From: the human T2T-CHM13v2.0 reference genome, Homo sapiens
Reading direction: 5' to 3' (one strand)
Assembly: GCF_009914755.1 (NCBI RefSeq)
Contig: NC_060926.1
DNA: 64,000 nt
Position numbers and translations under genes: made by a program. Numbering within the stretch: the first letter of the stretch is position 1; each line of letters begins with the position of its first letter. The notes under the pieces are model-generated. The model was not told where the DNA came from. It did no database searches and saw nothing but the letters and a program-made list of their open reading frames with translations. This document shows, piece by piece, positions 61,181-64,000 of the stretch.

Positions 61181-64000
61181 GTTTGAGGGTCCTGCAGCTG
61201 GACACCCGGGAAGGAGCTGGTTTTGGTCTGGTTTGAGCATCATGGAGCTGGACACCCAGGGAAGGGCTGTGTTTTTCTGGTTTGAGGGTCATGGGGCTGG
61301 ACAACCAGGGAGGAGCTGGTGTTTTTTTGGTTTAGGGGTCATGGAGCTGGAGATACGGTGCGGGGGTGGGGGCAGTGTTGTTCTAGTTTGAGGGTGGAGG
61401 AGCTGGAAATCCAGGGGTAGGAGTGATTTTCTAGTTTGAGGTCGTTTGAGGGTCAGCTGCACAACCCTCAACCTGGAGGGACACCAGCTCCCCCCTGGGT
61501 CTCCAGCTCCACAAACTTCTCACTGGAGAAACACTAGCTCCTCCCCGGATCTCCAGCTCCATGGCCCTCAGACTAGAGCCGCATCAGCTCCTCCTCAGGT
61601 CTCCAGCTCTACAACCCTCAAGCTGGAACAGTGTCAGCTCCTCTCCAGGTCTGCAGATCCACGACCTTCAAATGAAAACAACATCAGCTCCTCCTTGGAT
61701 CTCCAGCTCCATGACCCTCAGACTTAAACAAGAGCAGCACCAGCTTCTCCCTGGGTCTCCAGCTCTATGACCTTCAGACTTAAACAAGAGCAGCACCAGC
61801 TTCTCCCTGGGTCTCCATCTCCATGACCCTTGAAGTAGGAAAACATCAGCTCCTCCTTGTATCTCCAGCTCCATGACCCTCTGATCAGAAAAACATCAGC
61901 TCCTCCCCAGGTCTCCAGTTCCACGACCCTCGAACTAGGAAAACATCAGCTCCTCCCTGTGTCTCCAGCACCAAGACCCTCTGATCAGAAAAACATCGGC
62001 TCCTACCTGAGTCTCCAGATACAGGAGCCTCAAACTAGAAAAACATCAGCTCCTCCCAGGGTCTCCAGCTCCATGACCCTCAAACTAGAATAACATCAGC
62101 TCCTTCCCAGGTCTCCAGCTGCACGACCATCAAACTAGAACATCAGCTCCTCCCCAAGTCTTCAGCTGCATGACCCTCAAACTAGAACATCAGCTCCTCC
62201 CAAGGTGTCCAGCTGCATGACCGTCAAACTAGAACATCAGCTTGTCCCCGAGTCTTCAGATGCACAACTCTCAAACTAGAACACCAGCTCCTCTCCGGGT
62301 CTCCAGCTGCACGACCCTCACACTAGAAAGACGCCAGCTCCTCCGGGTTCTACAGCTGCATGACCCTCCAAGTAAAAAAAACACCTGTTCCTCACAGGGT
62401 CTACAGCTGAACGAACCTCAGACTAGAAAAACACCAGCTCCTCCCCAGGTCTCAACCTGCAAGACCCTCAAACTAGAACAACATAAGCTCCTCCCTGGGT
62501 TTCCAGCTCAAGGAACCTCAAACTAGAATAACGCTAGCTTCTCCCTGGGTGTCCAGCTCCACTACACTCTGATCAGAAAAACATCAGCTCCTACCTGAGT
62601 CTCCAGCTTCAGGACCCTCAAACTAGAACATCAGCTCCTCTCCGAGTCTCCAGCTGCACGACACTCAGACTAGAAAAACTCCAGCTCCTCCCAAGTTCTA
62701 CAGCTACATGACTCTGAAACTAAAAAACACCCTCTCCTGCCTAGGGCTTCAGCTGAACTAACCTCAAACTAGAACACCACCAACTCCTCTCTGGGTATCC
62801 AGCTCCATGACCCTCAAACAAGAATAACACCAGCTCCCCCCTTGGTCTCCAGCTCCATGACCCTTAAAACAGAACAACATCATCTCCTCCCCGGGTCTCA
62901 AGCTGCATAACCCCCAAAATAGAACATCAGCTCCTTTCCAGGTCTCCAGCTGCAGGACACTTATACTAGAAAAACACCAGCTCCTCCCGGGTTCTACAGC
63001 TGCGTGACCCTCAAACTAATGAAACACCAGCTCCTCTCTGGGTCTCCAGCTGCACGAACCTCCAACTAGAACAACACCAGCTCCTCTCTGGGTCTCCAGC
63101 TCCATGACCCTCAAACGAGAACATCAGCTCCTCTCCAGGTGTCCAGCTGGATGACCCTCAAACTAGAACATCAGCTCCTCTCCGGGTCTCCAGCTGCACA
63201 ACACTCATACTAGAAAAACGCCAGCTCCTCCTGGGTTCTACAGCTGCACAACCCTCTAACTAAAGAAACACCAGCTCCTCTCTGGGTCTCCAGCTGCACG
63301 AACCTCAAACTACAACATCAGCTCCTCTCCAGGTTTCCAGCAGCAGGACACTCATACTAGAAAAACACCAGCTCCTCCTGGGTTCTACAGCTGCACGACC
63401 CTCAAACTAAAGAAACACCAGCTCCTCTCTGGGTCTCCAGCTGCATGAACCTCAAATTAGAACAACATCAGCTCCTCTCTGGCTCTCCAGCTCCATGACC
63501 CTCAAACTGGAACAACATCAGCTCCTCTCCAGGTCTCCAGCTGAGAGACCCTTAAATGAGAACAACATCAGTTCCTCCCCGAGTCTTCAGCTGCACGACC
63601 CTCAAACTAGAACATCAGCTCCTCTCTGGGTCTCCAGCTGCAGGGCCCTCAAACTACCACATCAGCTCCTCCCCGAGTCTGCAGCTGCACGACCCTCAAA
63701 CTAGAACATCAGCTCCTCTCTGGGTCTCCAGCTGCAGGGCCCTCAAACTACCACATCAGCTCCTCCCCGAGTCTGCAGCTGCACGACCCTCAAATTAGAA
63801 CATCAACTCCTTTCCGGTTCTCCAGCTGCAGGACACTCAAATTAAAAAACGCCAGGTCCTCCAGGTTCTACAGCTGCACATCCCTCAAACTAAAAAAAAC
63901 TCCTGCTCCTTCCCAGGTCTCTAGCTGCACGAACCTCATACTAGAACAGCACCAGCTCCTCTCTGGGTCTCCAGCTGCAAGACCCCCAAACTAGAACAAC
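61180..64000 (+). repeat. 47-50 bp tandem satellite (consensus about CAGCTCCTCTCCGGGTCTCCAGCTGCACGACCCTCAAACTAGAACA(ACA)T), D20S16-like; first about 275 bp inverted; runs off window end
   Basis: More than 50 diverged units directly visible, two CAGCT motifs per unit; family name from memory (about 0.5 confidence). Confidence 0.93.

Noticed and set aside
61179-63798. Protein-coding ORFs or a CRISPR array in the tandem repeat
   Set aside because: Unit lengths are mostly not multiples of 3 and TAG in aactagaa breaks frames; there are no unique spacers or cas genes, and the context is primate.
61180-64000. Identification as SATR1/2 or CER (48-bp) satellite
   Set aside because: Recalled core motifs of those families (tgtacaccc..gatatt; cagaacactgct..gtccctcac) are absent.

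Overview
AT-rich primate (human-like) genomic DNA, dense in interspersed repeats (Alu, L1, L2, MIR, MaLR/ERV LTRs, MER DNA transposons). It contains no intact protein-coding gene that I can support. Recognisable content: (1) a full-length ST13 (Hip) processed pseudogene at about 20.1-22.7 kb, inside a multi-level retrotransposon nest; (2) a 47-50 bp CAGCT-rich satellite (D20S16-like) from about 61.2 kb to the window end, beginning with an inverted block and abutting an ERV-L gag remnant; (3) most notably, a series of minus-strand, splice-site-bounded but heavily decayed exons (about 0.3-58.3 kb, densest at 41.5-52.7 kb). Their hand translations repeatedly give LL-x(2-3)-[FIL]-x2-W motifs about 26-33 codons apart, suggesting a fossil (unitary-pseudogene-like) Sfi1-repeat, centrin-binding-type gene. 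A clean 24-nt plus-strand microexon candidate lies at 27805-27828. Repeat subfamily names come from recalled consensus sequences; no database searches were run and many boundaries are approximate.
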